Shown in pieces: positions 7,984 to 17,593 of a stretch of 54,522 nucleotides of DNA. Source of the DNA: a virus. Lineage: Duplodnaviria > Caudoviricetes. The notes under the pieces were generated by a model. It was not told the DNA's origin and searched no databases. It saw only the letters and a list, made by a program, of their open reading frames with translations. Numbering within the stretch: the first letter of the stretch is position 1; every line of letters starts with the position of its first letter. The position numbers and the translations under genes were made by a program. The stretch is from IMG/VR virus record IMGVR_UViG_3300025000_001274, positions 1-54,522 of that record, one strand, 5' to 3'.

Positions 7984-9777
7984 ATGCTAATTACTAAAAC
8001 AGTTAATATAAAATGGTGTTATAAAACTAAAAAATGGTATGAAAAACAAGGATATATTTTTACAAAATGGAATGACGAATTTGAAGTAAAAGTTGAGGAT
8101 TTGATTTGTGGAGCTAATGTATATGTTGATGTAACCTGCGATTGTGAAAGTTGTACGACCCCTATTATAAAACCTGTAAGATGGTGTGATTATTTAAAAT
8201 GTGTAAAAGAAGATGGTAGATATTATTGTCGTAAATGTGCAATAGGTTTATTTGCTAATGAAAATGCTAGAAAAACTAAGTTGAAAAACGGACTATCATT
8301 TTACCAATGGTGTTATGATAATTTGTCTAAAGAAGATGCAGATAAAATATTAGCAAGATGGGATTATGAGAAAAACAGACTAAGTCCTAAAGATGTTAGT
8401 TCTAGTTCGGTTGGTGCAAATAGAAAAGGATATTGGTTTAAATGTTTGGAACATCAAAATCATGAGTCAGAACAAAGAAGTATTAGCAGTTTTACAAGTG
8501 ATAAAAATAGAAATCTTAAATGTAGTCAATGTCATGTGTTAGCAATGACTCATCCTGAACTTGCAAAATATCTAGTAAATAAAGAAGACATTTATAAATA
8601 TTCTTTTGGTTCAAATGAAAAAATCCCTATGAAATGTCCTGAGTGTGGTCATGAAAAACCTATGAAAATCCCTCGTTTATTAAGGCAAGGTTTTGGTTGT
8701 GTAAAATGTTCAGATGGATTAAGCTATCCAAACAAGTTTATGTTTAATATATTAGAACAAATACAAGAATTAAATATAATTGAGAATTTTCAAACAGAGA
8801 AAACATTTGATTGGTTAATATATGAGTTTAAAGGAAAATTACGAAAAGGTAGATTGGATTTTTATTATAAAGTAAATGGTATGGCATATGGTATTGAAAC
8901 AGATGGAGGCTTTCATACGAAAGATAATGGAATGAGTGGTCAAACAAAGGAAGAAAGTAAATATATTGATGATGAAAAAGATAGGTTATGTAAAGAGCAT
9001 GATATAGAAGTGATTAGAATTGATTGTACTGAATCAAACTTAGAGTGGATAAAAAATAACGTGATGAAATCTGAATTACCTAAAATATTAAATTTTGTTG
9101 AAGGTAATATAGATTGGTTGAAATGTCAAGAATTTGCTTGTAATAGTTTAGTTAAAGTTGCATGTAATTTATGGAATAACGGTATAGATAACACATTAGA
9201 GATAGCAAATGAATTAAAAGTAGGTAGGAGTACTGCTACAAAGTACTTGAATAAAGGTTCATTACTAGGGTGGTGTAGTTATGACCCAAAAGAAGAAACA
9301 GAAAAGAATCATGGTAGTGAAAAACATTGCAAGCAAGTTATTTGTTTAAATACAAAAGAAATATTTTCCTCTTTAAAAGAAGCATGTATTAAATTTAATA
9401 TTAGGTCTTCAAATATGACCTATTGTTGTAGCAATGAATATAAAGCGAAAACAGCAGGAAAAGACCCTAATACAGGAGACGATTTATTATGGATGTATTA
9501 TGATGAATATATTGTAAAAAACAAAATTTCGGGTTGGTTTGAAGATTATTTAAATAACTATGGTTATAGCCATAAAGTAGTGTGTTTAACAACTGGTGAG
9601 ATATTTAATTCTCAAACAGAGGGTGCATTAAAATACAATTTAAAGAGTGGTAATAATATAAGAGCATGTTGTAATATTGAAGGAAAATCAGCAGGTAAAC
9701 ATCCAATCACAGGAGAAAAACTTATGTGGGTAACCTATAAGAATTACAACAAGCAAAATAACATCAATGTAAATTAA
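7984..9777 (+). CDS. Zinc-ribbon (DUF4379-like) + DUF559/Vsr-like nuclease + NUMOD1 repeats, putative homing endonuclease
   Basis: Multiple CxxC; RLDFY..IETDGGFH..DDEKDRLC..VIRID; repeated VICLNTKEIF / VVCLTTGEIF..AGKHPITGEKLMW. Confidence 0.75.
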   Translation: MLITKTVNIKWCYKTKKWYEKQGYIFTKWNDEFEVKVEDLICGANVYVDVTCDCESCTTPIIKPVRWCDYLKCVKEDGRYYCRKCAIGLFANENARKTKLKNGLSFYQWCYDNLSKEDADKILARWDYEKNRLSPKDVSSSSVGANRKGYWFKCLEHQNHESEQRSISSFTSDKNRNLKCSQCHVLAMTHPELAKYLVNKEDIYKYSFGSNEKIPMKCPECGHEKPMKIPRLLRQGFGCVKCSDGLSYPNKFMFNILEQIQELNIIENFQTEKTFDWLIYEFKGKLRKGRLDFYYKVNGMAYGIETDGGFHTKDNGMSGQTKEESKYIDDEKDRLCKEHDIEVIRIDCTESNLEWIKNNVMKSELPKILNFVEGNIDWLKCQEFACNSLVKVACNLWNNGIDNTLEIANELKVGRSTATKYLNKGSLLGWCSYDPKEETEKNHGSEKHCKQVICLNTKEIFSSLKEACIKFNIRSSNMTYCCSNEYKAKTAGKDPNTGDDLLWMYYDEYIVKNKISGWFEDYLNNYGYSHKVVCLTTGEIFNSQTEGALKYNLKSGNNIRACCNIEGKSAGKHPITGEKLMWVTYKNYNKQNNINVN

Positions 9778-9814
9778 ATACTAATTATAAATTTATTTTT
9801 ATTTACATATCTGC

Positions 9815-9843
9815 TTGCATAAAGAATATAAATGTTATATAAT
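9815..9843 (+). promoter_or_regulatory. SigA-type promoter of DGQHR/repressor operon
   Basis: TTGCAT-N17-TATAAT. Confidence 0.7.
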
Positions 9844-9881
9844 ACAATTATATTACTTGAATGTGAAGGAGCGATGTTTAA

Positions 9882-11246
9882 ATGCTTGAAGCAAAGTCAG
9901 CAGAACTTGTCAAAAATCTAAATAAAATTATAAGGAAATATGCTGGTAATGACAAAATTAGAAAGGTGATTATTGATCAATTTACCGAAAGGAACATGAA
10001 GGCATCTTTGGCTGTAAATATCTTAAACGAAAGATTTTTATTATCTACTCTTGATATTGATCAAGCAAAGGATTTGATTTTGCTATTCGTTTTTTCAACA
10101 AGTATGTATAAAGCTATACTAGAAAAAGAAACGAATAGCAACGCTTCTAATGAAGAACTTGCTGAAATATTAGATTTAGATCCTAAAGACTATTTTACTG
10201 AAATTGAAATGGAAAACCTAAAGGATTATAAGGCAGAAAGAAAATCTAAGGGAAAAGAAGACGAACCAATTATTCTTCCTAATATGATTCCGATTGCGCC
10301 TAATTCTTGGGTGGGGCCTCTATCATCTCAACAGTTTGCTGATTTAGATGCTGGAAATGAATTTATTTACAACTTTAAAACTCAACGTGATCCAGTGTAT
10401 GATGTTTACGGAACAAAAAAAATTAATTTAAGCAAAACAAAAGCGAAAGAAATTTCAGAAGGAATATTATCAGGAGATCAATTCCCAGATGCAATAGTCG
10501 TAAATGTGCTTAAAGATGGAACCGATGAAATAAGATATGAAAAAAATGGAGACTTAGTGATTTTATCAGGGACAAAAAATATTGTAGATGGTATGCATCG
10601 CAAAGTGGGAAACTCAATCGCTATCAACAAGAATCCTAATCTTTCCTTTAATTTCATATTAATTGTTACTAATTACAGTGAGGCAAAAGCACAAAAACAA
10701 ATGACTCAAATTAACAAGCAAAAACCTATGAAAATAGAACATATTAAGAATTTAGATAATTCTACAATGGGTAATGTTATTGTGGATGTCATTTCAGATA
10801 TAAAAACATCCGAATTTGCAGAAATGATTAGGGATTCAGATGCAGAATTAGAATATGGTGGTTTTGCTAAAAAAAATACCTTATCTACGAGTATTGAAGA
10901 GTGTTATAAGTCCGAATTAACCAATAAATTGCAAGTAAAACAAATTGCATCTCATGTTGCGAATGTTATAGATTATGTGATAGCACTGCGAGTAGACGAT
11001 TTTATAAAACATCCCGAAGAAACCAAAAAGACTAGTTATATTAATCATAAAAATATGTTTATTGGATATGTTGCACTATCTGCAAAAGTGTATAAAGATC
11101 CCAACTGGGAGATTAAAGTTGAGGAAACTCTAAATAAAATTGATTTTAATATTAGTAATCCATTCTGGAAAGATAATGATATTCTTGACCATGATGTTAA
11201 AAAATCATCTAGGAATAGTTTTTATAAATTATTCGGAAAATCATAA
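9882..11246 (+). CDS. DGQHR/DndB-ParB-like domain protein (SPbeta YopQ-like by size and position)
   Basis: YNFKTQR and IVDGMHR (DGQHR variant) motifs; directly upstream of recombinase-fold gene. Confidence 0.65.
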   Translation: MLEAKSAELVKNLNKIIRKYAGNDKIRKVIIDQFTERNMKASLAVNILNERFLLSTLDIDQAKDLILLFVFSTSMYKAILEKETNSNASNEELAEILDLDPKDYFTEIEMENLKDYKAERKSKGKEDEPIILPNMIPIAPNSWVGPLSSQQFADLDAGNEFIYNFKTQRDPVYDVYGTKKINLSKTKAKEISEGILSGDQFPDAIVVNVLKDGTDEIRYEKNGDLVILSGTKNIVDGMHRKVGNSIAINKNPNLSFNFILIVTNYSEAKAQKQMTQINKQKPMKIEHIKNLDNSTMGNVIVDVISDIKTSEFAEMIRDSDAELEYGGFAKKNTLSTSIEECYKSELTNKLQVKQIASHVANVIDYVIALRVDDFIKHPEETKKTSYINHKNMFIGYVALSAKVYKDPNWEIKVEETLNKIDFNISNPFWKDNDILDHDVKKSSRNSFYKLFGKS

Positions 11247-11269
11247 ATTTTAAAAGGAGTTGGTGCTTT

Positions 11270-12295
11270 GTGTCTACTGAAAAAACCATAGTACTAGATG
11301 AAAATGAAGTTAAATTTGAAATTGATGCAAATTATAAAGAAGAGTTTTTAAATGATCTTAAACCAAGTACTCGATCATTTTATTCTTATATATTAAAATT
11401 GGCTGATGAATATGAAAAAGAAATCGGGAAAAGCATTTTCAACTTTAATATTGAGGATAGAGATGAGTTTTTAGTTGTAAAATACAAAAACAAAAATATT
11501 TACTCATTTCAAACCACATTATCTCCACTAAAAAAATATGTAGATTGGTGTATATCTAAAAACTTTGTTGTACATTTTCAAAACATTTTTGCTGCGATTT
11601 TAACCAAGGATTATAATGAGTATATCAATGTTCAAGCAAAAGAAAATTCTTATATACCTTTATCAGAATGTAGAGAATTTCAATCTAAATTAGTAAATTA
11701 TCAGGACAGAGCAATTATTGAATTGCCAAATCTAGGGGTTAGAGGTCGTACTGAAAAAGGTAATACTCTTGAGGAACTAGTTAATCTAAAAGTTAAAGAT
11801 ATCGACTGGAAAGAAAAGAGACTATATCTCACTAAAAACAATGGTGAATTTAGATGGATGGATGTAGATGATTATACTTTAGATTTACTCAAAAAGGTTA
11901 TTGATCAAGATTTTTATATTGCTAATAATGGATTGAAGACAAAACCTAATGATGATGGAGTATACGAAAGTACGGATAGGGGAAGAATAATCAATAAAAC
12001 TGAATATGTTTTTAGAACTCCAGGAAAGAACAAAAATGGAAAAGTTGATTATCAATTCTTTGCTAGTAGAATACAACGAATTCAAAAATGGTTAGGTAAT
12101 CCTTATATTAGTATCAGTAATCTTTATTTTTCTGCAATTATTGAATATGCCAAAGAAGAAAAGAAAAAGAAAGGCGAACTAACTAAGGATGACTATATCA
12201 AAATTAATGAGAGGTTTGAATTTGGAGAAAATGGGGAAAAATATCTCTTTAAGACTAAAGAACTAATTGCAACTTATTTGGATGATGAGAGGTAA
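11270..12295 (+). CDS. Tyrosine-recombinase-fold protein with degenerate active site, candidate master repressor (YopR/MrpR-like)
   Basis: SAM-like N-term; DRAIIEL..GVRG..LEELVNLKVKDIDW box I intact; H-x-x-R box II replaced by ISISNLYFS; no LGH motif. Confidence 0.7.
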   Translation: MSTEKTIVLDENEVKFEIDANYKEEFLNDLKPSTRSFYSYILKLADEYEKEIGKSIFNFNIEDRDEFLVVKYKNKNIYSFQTTLSPLKKYVDWCISKNFVVHFQNIFAAILTKDYNEYINVQAKENSYIPLSECREFQSKLVNYQDRAIIELPNLGVRGRTEKGNTLEELVNLKVKDIDWKEKRLYLTKNNGEFRWMDVDDYTLDLLKKVIDQDFYIANNGLKTKPNDDGVYESTDRGRIINKTEYVFRTPGKNKNGKVDYQFFASRIQRIQKWLGNPYISISNLYFSAIIEYAKEEKKKKGELTKDDYIKINERFEFGENGEKYLFKTKELIATYLDDER

Positions 12296-12300
12296 ATGTT

Positions 12301-12702
12301 ATGCAAAATACGTTATCAGAAATGTGGAATAAGTATAGCTTACTTCTCTCCTTTAAAAATGAAATGAATAAACTAGGTTATGCTTCTAAAGATTTGTACT
12401 GTATTTATGTTCAACTATATCTTTTGATGGAGTTAATCGAGATAGAAAGTGAAAATGGTTTAGAAATTTTATTGAAAAAAACTTATTTTCGCTTACTCAA
12501 GAAGATAAATAAGGGAATTGAGTATTTACCTGATATTATTGAAACACCAGAAGAATGGGTATTAAACAAGATCGAAAATGATATAGATGCTTGGACTGAT
12601 TCAGATGTTCTTATTTTTACTACAAAGTCAAATGTTGTAGCATTTAGTAAATTATCTAGAAAAAGTACAGGTAGTCAGTATATTGATGGTAAATGGCAAT
12701 AA
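12301..12702 (+). CDS. Hypothetical protein
   Basis: ORF with RBS GAGAGGT, in operon. Confidence 0.6.
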   Translation: MQNTLSEMWNKYSLLLSFKNEMNKLGYASKDLYCIYVQLYLLMELIEIESENGLEILLKKTYFRLLKKINKGIEYLPDIIETPEEWVLNKIENDIDAWTDSDVLIFTTKSNVVAFSKLSRKSTGSQYIDGKWQ

Positions 12703-12710
12703 GAAGGGAA

Positions 12711-13121
12711 ATGATATTGATGAATGTAGGAGAAAAGATTTTATCGTTTAAAGAAAGGTTAAATCATAAATATTTTGCAGATTTTGCTAGAGCAGCAAAC
12801 ATTCCTCCTGCGTGGTTAAATGAAATTAAAGACAAAGAAGAAATCAAACAAATAAGCGATATGTCATATCTTATAAATCTTTGCTCATATTTAGGTATGA
12901 CAATTGATGATTTTTTAAGAAATGATGATGTTATAAAAGAAGAAATTTCTGAAGTTATTGATGTTAATTCAGAAGATATTAGTGTTTTACTCAATAACAT
13001 GATAGTATTATTACGAAAGGAAGGAACAAAAATGGATAATGTAATTATGAATGATAAAAGTAAAGAAATTTGCATAGATAGTCTTGCGGTTGTAAAAACA
13101 CTAGTTAAACAACATTTATAA
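12711..13121 (+). CDS. XRE-family HTH transcriptional regulator
   Basis: VGEKILSFKERL..ADFARAANIPPAWLNEI..LINLCSYLGMTIDDFL. Confidence 0.65.
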   Translation: MILMNVGEKILSFKERLNHKYFADFARAANIPPAWLNEIKDKEEIKQISDMSYLINLCSYLGMTIDDFLRNDDVIKEEISEVIDVNSEDISVLLNNMIVLLRKEGTKMDNVIMNDKSKEICIDSLAVVKTLVKQHL

Positions 13122-13126
13122 AGGAT

Positions 13127-13996
13127 GTGAATATAATCATGGTGTTTAAAGGAAGATCAACTGATACATTTGAAATGGATGATATTGAAGTTTATCAATT
13201 AGTAAAAGAAGGTTCTTTAAGATCATATCCAAGTGGATTTTGGGACGGAATTACAGCTTCCAAGACAGCAGAAAAAATCACAAAATATGTTTTCAAGGAT
13301 GTTTTAAATTGGAGTATTGATGACATTAAGGTAAAAGTCACTAGAGAAATATTTGAGGAATATAAATTAGTTGGAATGCTTAAAAATATATATGATTCCA
13401 GCATGTATATTTGTTTGGGAGAAGTCTATCCAGAATTAAAGGAATGGGCAAGCAAACAATATCAAACCAATGAACATGCTGATTTTATCCATAGAAGGTA
13501 CTCAGATGACGAATTGATTTATATTCTTCAAGAAAAATCAAAGGAATTAAATAGAATCCCAAAAGGGGTTGATATGAAAACGCCAAGTAGTGCTATTTAT
13601 AGCAGTAGATTCGGTTCATGGGAAAAATCTTTAATGAAAGCAGGATTAATTGAAGACATTTATAAAGATGTTGATTTTAGAAAGAACTCCAAAGAATCGG
13701 TTATATCTCATTTAAAAGAATTATTTGCAGAAAAGGAAAGAGTATTAGATAAAGATGAAATATTCGCTATTTATCCTGAAGGATTAATTAAAGAATACTT
13801 TGGGACTTATAATAAACTTGAAAAAGTTATTATTGCAGAATATACTAAAAAAGAACTTACTAAAATATTGAAAAAGAAGCAAGAAAAATTAGGTAGAGTT
13901 CCGAGCAATAAAGATATGAAGTTTCCAATGGCTATTGTGTTCATAGACAAATTTGGAAGTTGGCAGGAGGTGATTGACAAATTGGAGAAACCTTAA
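13127..13996 (+). CDS. Protein with DUF4046-like and homing-endonuclease-associated repeats
   Basis: YPSGFW N-term; repeats YSDDELI..LNRIP..RFGSW and YTKKEL..LGRVP..KFGSW. Confidence 0.6.
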   Translation: MNIIMVFKGRSTDTFEMDDIEVYQLVKEGSLRSYPSGFWDGITASKTAEKITKYVFKDVLNWSIDDIKVKVTREIFEEYKLVGMLKNIYDSSMYICLGEVYPELKEWASKQYQTNEHADFIHRRYSDDELIYILQEKSKELNRIPKGVDMKTPSSAIYSSRFGSWEKSLMKAGLIEDIYKDVDFRKNSKESVISHLKELFAEKERVLDKDEIFAIYPEGLIKEYFGTYNKLEKVIIAEYTKKELTKILKKKQEKLGRVPSNKDMKFPMAIVFIDKFGSWQEVIDKLEKP

Positions 13997-14088
13997 AATG
14001 TTTTGTTATATCGGGATGTATTATTATATCTCGATAATACATAAAATTTAAACACTTATTATTCAATAAATAATATTTTCAAAAGAAA

Positions 14089-14667
14089 GTGAGTCACCAA
14101 ATGAGGAAAAATTCACTAAAACATAATATATTGTTTGTCAGCGTGATTAGTGCATTTATTCTCTATGGAAGCACAAATGGAAATCATATTGTAAATGAGA
14201 GCATAAATATAAAAAACACTAATCATATCAATAATTATATAGGAAGTGATGCTAATGTCTTAAAAGAACTAAGAAAGCAATACATAATTGTTAAGACTGA
14301 TGAAAAACCAGAACCAATGGAGTTTATTGTAACAGCCTATGACCTTTCATTTAATAGTTGTCAGAAGTCAAGAGGTTCAAAGGGATATGGTATTACTTCA
14401 TCTGGATATGACTTGAGAGGTCATACAATTGATTCTGCTAGGGTTATTTCAACAGACCCTAGTATTATACCAATTGGAAGTAAAGTAAGACTTACATTCA
14501 AAGAAGACAAGTATAAGAAGTATGATAATATCTATACTGCTTTAGATAAAGGAGGTTTAATAAAAAATCAAAGGATTGATTTATTTGTAGGTGATAATAT
14601 CTGGTCAAAAAATAAGATTAAAGATTTCGGAGTTACAACTGCATATGTTGAAATAATTAAGGATTAA
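14089..14667 (+). CDS. Secreted 3D-domain (MltA-like) cell-wall protein
   Basis: N-terminal hydrophobic segment; VTAYD..GITSSG..ISTDPSIIPIGSKV..ALDKGGLIKNQRIDLFV. Confidence 0.85.
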   Translation: MSHQMRKNSLKHNILFVSVISAFILYGSTNGNHIVNESINIKNTNHINNYIGSDANVLKELRKQYIIVKTDEKPEPMEFIVTAYDLSFNSCQKSRGSKGYGITSSGYDLRGHTIDSARVISTDPSIIPIGSKVRLTFKEDKYKKYDNIYTALDKGGLIKNQRIDLFVGDNIWSKNKIKDFGVTTAYVEIIKD

Positions 14668-14756
14668 ATTGCCTAATATTCTGTAACAAATTTAATAAAT
14701 CCACATAGTTTATAAAGTAAAAAATAAAATTATTATAAAAGGAGTGTATTAAGTTT

Positions 14757-14954
14757 ATGATTAGAAGACCAGTGAAAGAGGTTTATATTAATGATGTCTG
14801 GAACGCAATCCCCTATAAAAATAATAAGGATAAAATTAGGATTACCAAAGAATTAGAAGCAAACAGACATAGGCGAGGGATTAAATTTATTGAAGATGAT
14901 GACAGAGGGAATATAATTTATTCTCATAGAATGGAAGAAGGAGCATTTCACTAA
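14757..14954 (+). CDS. Hypothetical protein
   Basis: ORF with RBS AAGGAGTG. Confidence 0.55.
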   Translation: MIRRPVKEVYINDVWNAIPYKNNKDKIRITKELEANRHRRGIKFIEDDDRGNIIYSHRMEEGAFH

Positions 14955-15066
14955 TACATAAAACAAGGCAAAATTAAATATCTCTAACCCCTTTAATTAT
15001 CATCCCTCATTCGTATAACTCCTTTAAAGGACAAACTAAAATTAAAGAGAAGAGAGTGTTGTTTAA

Positions 15067-15528
15067 ATGATTATCACTAAAAGAGTAGAGGTAACAAAAA
15101 CTGAACAAATTTTAGTTGGAAAAGTATGTAATAAATGTGGTAATGTTTTTGAGCCACACGATGAACAGGTTAAACCTTTTGAATCTCAAATGGGGTACAA
15201 TGTAAACTGGAAATGTGAATTGTGTGATATGTGTATATTAAGTATTATAAAAACCTTTGCAATAGTTCCTGAAAATTTTATGAGTGATTCTAACTTTACT
15301 TCTTCATTTGATTTAGATCATGAATTGCATCAAAGGCTCTTCGATGTATGGAAGGCAACAAATGTATGGAACTGTGATGAGAATCCTTGGAAAGATTTCT
15401 ATAGTGAAGATAATTCAGATCAAGAAGATGAATCTTACGAAGAGTATGAGGAATATAATGAAGAAGTTTCTGATGCTCTAGAAGATAGAAAACCATTACA
15501 TACCAATCCTTTTAAATTAGTAAAGTAG
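15067..15528 (+). CDS. Hypothetical Zn-finger protein with acidic tail
   Basis: CNKC..CELCDMC; acidic C-term. Confidence 0.6.
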   Translation: MIITKRVEVTKTEQILVGKVCNKCGNVFEPHDEQVKPFESQMGYNVNWKCELCDMCILSIIKTFAIVPENFMSDSNFTSSFDLDHELHQRLFDVWKATNVWNCDENPWKDFYSEDNSDQEDESYEEYEEYNEEVSDALEDRKPLHTNPFKLVK

Positions 15529-15567
15529 GATAAATCAAAAATATAGTGTATAATATATTAAAAGGAG

Positions 15568-15759
15568 ATGTATAAAATGAGAGTTAAAATTATTAAAAAT
15601 GACCAGCTACAAGGTGGAAACGTAGATATTAGTGGGTTTATTGGGCAAGTTTTTGACGCTAGACCATATTATAAAAAGAATATTGAAGTTAATTTTACCA
15701 AAGAATTTGGAGGAAATTATATTGTTTATGAAGGTGAATATGAGGTAGTTGAGGAGTAA
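15568..15759 (+). CDS. Hypothetical small protein
   Basis: ORF with RBS AAGGAG. Confidence 0.55.
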   Translation: MYKMRVKIIKNDQLQGGNVDISGFIGQVFDARPYYKKNIEVNFTKEFGGNYIVYEGEYEVVEE

Positions 15760-15806
15760 AATCTAACTTAAAATTGGAGATTGAAGGGGAAAGGAGAGAA
15801 GATAAA

Positions 15807-16210
15807 ATGTATAAAAATAAATGTGATAATTGTGTAAAAGGCAATATTTGTGCAGTAAATGCTAAAGTTGGAGAGGTAAAACAAGAATTACACTCTCAAG
15901 CATATAAATTACAATGCTCTCTATTAGATAATATGCATTATATCAACAAAGCAGAGTGTACTTTTATGAAGAAACTAAATTTGGTGTCAAAGAATGTAAG
16001 CATTATTTAGAGAAAAATCCACAATATCTTGATGATAAAAATAAGGAGGAGTTAGAGCAATCAGAAATAGAAAAGGAAATCGCTACAGTATTCTTTAACG
16101 CATTAAAATTATATCCTGCTCACCATGGATTGAATTTTAATATGAGCGTTGAAAGTAAAGAAGAAGGAGATGATGGTTTAGATAAACTTAGTAAAATTTG
16201 TGGATTTTAA
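15807..16210 (+). pseudogene. Cys-containing hypothetical gene split by frameshift in T-run near 15962-15965
   Basis: MYKNKCDNC..AECTF joins YEETKFGVKECKHYL if one T is added. Confidence 0.5.
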
Positions 16211-16430
16211 TACCAGTTCTAGGGTATGCAAAAGCAGAAATTAGGACTTATGAATATGGTAGAAAGATTTCAGATATCAATCTTACTTTAAAAAAAATAA
16301 TTTTGGAGTTTCTATTAATTATCGTTGTTATGGAATAGGATATAAGAAATGAATTTTAATTGTAAAACAATATGCTAATTCAATATCAAATGATTTTGAT
16401 AATTACAAGAATTAAAAAGGAGAAAATTAT

Positions 16431-16820
16431 ATGAAAAAACAAAATGAAGATAAATATCTCCCATACAAAAAGAAAGATTTTAGAAATTATTGGTGCTATC
16501 CAGATTCAACTTTTCCAACATTACAACCCTTTGAAGTAATTAGACCATTCACCGAAGAAGAAAAAGAGGATTGGACAAAAGGTGAAGATTATGATGAAGA
16601 AGTATATTTAGTTAAAAGTTATGATGAAAATGGATCAATGGATGAATATGGGGCATCAGATAGGGATATTCTTATCGAACATGAAATAGACCCTGAAACA
16701 TGGAGAATTTGCTTAATTAATTTGCTGGACAGAATGGAATATTGCGATGATGATATTATGGATTTTATTAAAGAATGCAAGATTGAGCAATATATAAAAA
16801 GACACTTATATGATTATTGA
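16431..16820 (+). CDS. Hypothetical acidic protein
   Basis: ORF with RBS AAGGAG. Confidence 0.6.
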   Translation: MKKQNEDKYLPYKKKDFRNYWCYPDSTFPTLQPFEVIRPFTEEEKEDWTKGEDYDEEVYLVKSYDENGSMDEYGASDRDILIEHEIDPETWRICLINLLDRMEYCDDDIMDFIKECKIEQYIKRHLYDY

Positions 16821-16898
16821 TTAAATAAATTTAGAAAGAAGGATGCACGACGGCAAATTATCAAGTGAAATTGTAAAGAAAGGGTTGAGTAATTAATA

Positions 16899-17066
16899 AT
16901 GAATAAGGCAGAACTTTGGGATGAATTAAAATTATATTTAACCAAAACAGTTCCTTCATTATGTGTTGGCAGAGACAATATGTTTAAGTTGTTAGAGAGA
17001 TATAAACCTGAGTGGGTTAAGTTACATCGTTGGCCAATGCCTAACAATGATGAGGAAGGAGAATAA
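16899..17066 (+). CDS. Hypothetical 55-aa protein (not in ORF track)
   Basis: MNKAELWDELK..DEEGE*; ends 1 nt before next ATG. Confidence 0.5.
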   Translation: MNKAELWDELKLYLTKTVPSLCVGRDNMFKLLERYKPEWVKLHRWPMPNNDEEGE

Positions 17067-17067
17067 A

Positions 17068-17310
17068 ATGAGAAACAAACTAATCATAGAAAAAGAAAAA
17101 GACTTCATCAATTATCTTAAATTTAAACACAATTTCATGACAGAAAATATTCAACAATTAAATGATGAGAAATTAGACCTAGAAACTAAATTAATTGAAA
17201 ATTTAATCTGTCCTGAATGTTATTCTATATTAAATAAAGAAAAACGTAAAGATTATGTTCATTATGATTGTACGAATTGTTGGTATGATACATATTCTCA
17301 AAAGTATTAG
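17068..17310 (+). CDS. Small Zn-ribbon protein
   Basis: CPEC..CTNC; RBS AAGGAG. Confidence 0.6.
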   Translation: MRNKLIIEKEKDFINYLKFKHNFMTENIQQLNDEKLDLETKLIENLICPECYSILNKEKRKDYVHYDCTNCWYDTYSQKY

Positions 17311-17314
17311 AAAA

Positions 17315-17407
17315 TTATTTCCTTAAATAATAAATCAATATACCAACAAATGGTATTAGGACGATAATTAAACCTAAAACTCTAATTATAATCTTTTCCA
17401 TAATCAA
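17315..17407 (-). CDS. Small hydrophobic peptide (28-30 aa), type I toxin-like (not in ORF track)
   Basis: Minus strand RBS GAGGTG, 7 nt, TTG ATT ATG; MEKIIIRVLGLIIVLIPFVGILIYYLRK*. Confidence 0.55.
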   Translation of the reverse strand: MIMEKIIIRVLGLIIVLIPFVGILIYYLRK

Positions 17408-17593
17408 AACATATCACCTCTTTACATTTTATTAATCCTATTATTACAACTCCTACGCAATAAAAAGTACCTCTTAGTCAGATTTCCTTTCTAAGAGGTT
17501 TGATGTAGGACGAGAAGAATTTAGTTGACAAAGTTATAATATCCAAATTAGAGATAATTATACAGAAAGGAGAGAATAAAAATAAGTAAATTT

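Noticed and set aside
9882-11246. Dnd phosphorothioation system
   Set aside because: Only a DGQHR/DndB-like domain is present; no dndCDE genes.
11270-12295. Active prophage integrase with an att site
   Set aside because: Box II H-x-x-R and LGH motifs are missing, and no att-like direct repeat or host junction is visible.
17525-17560. SigA promoter at TTGACA 17525
   Set aside because: No good -10 hexamer at 16-18 nt spacing.
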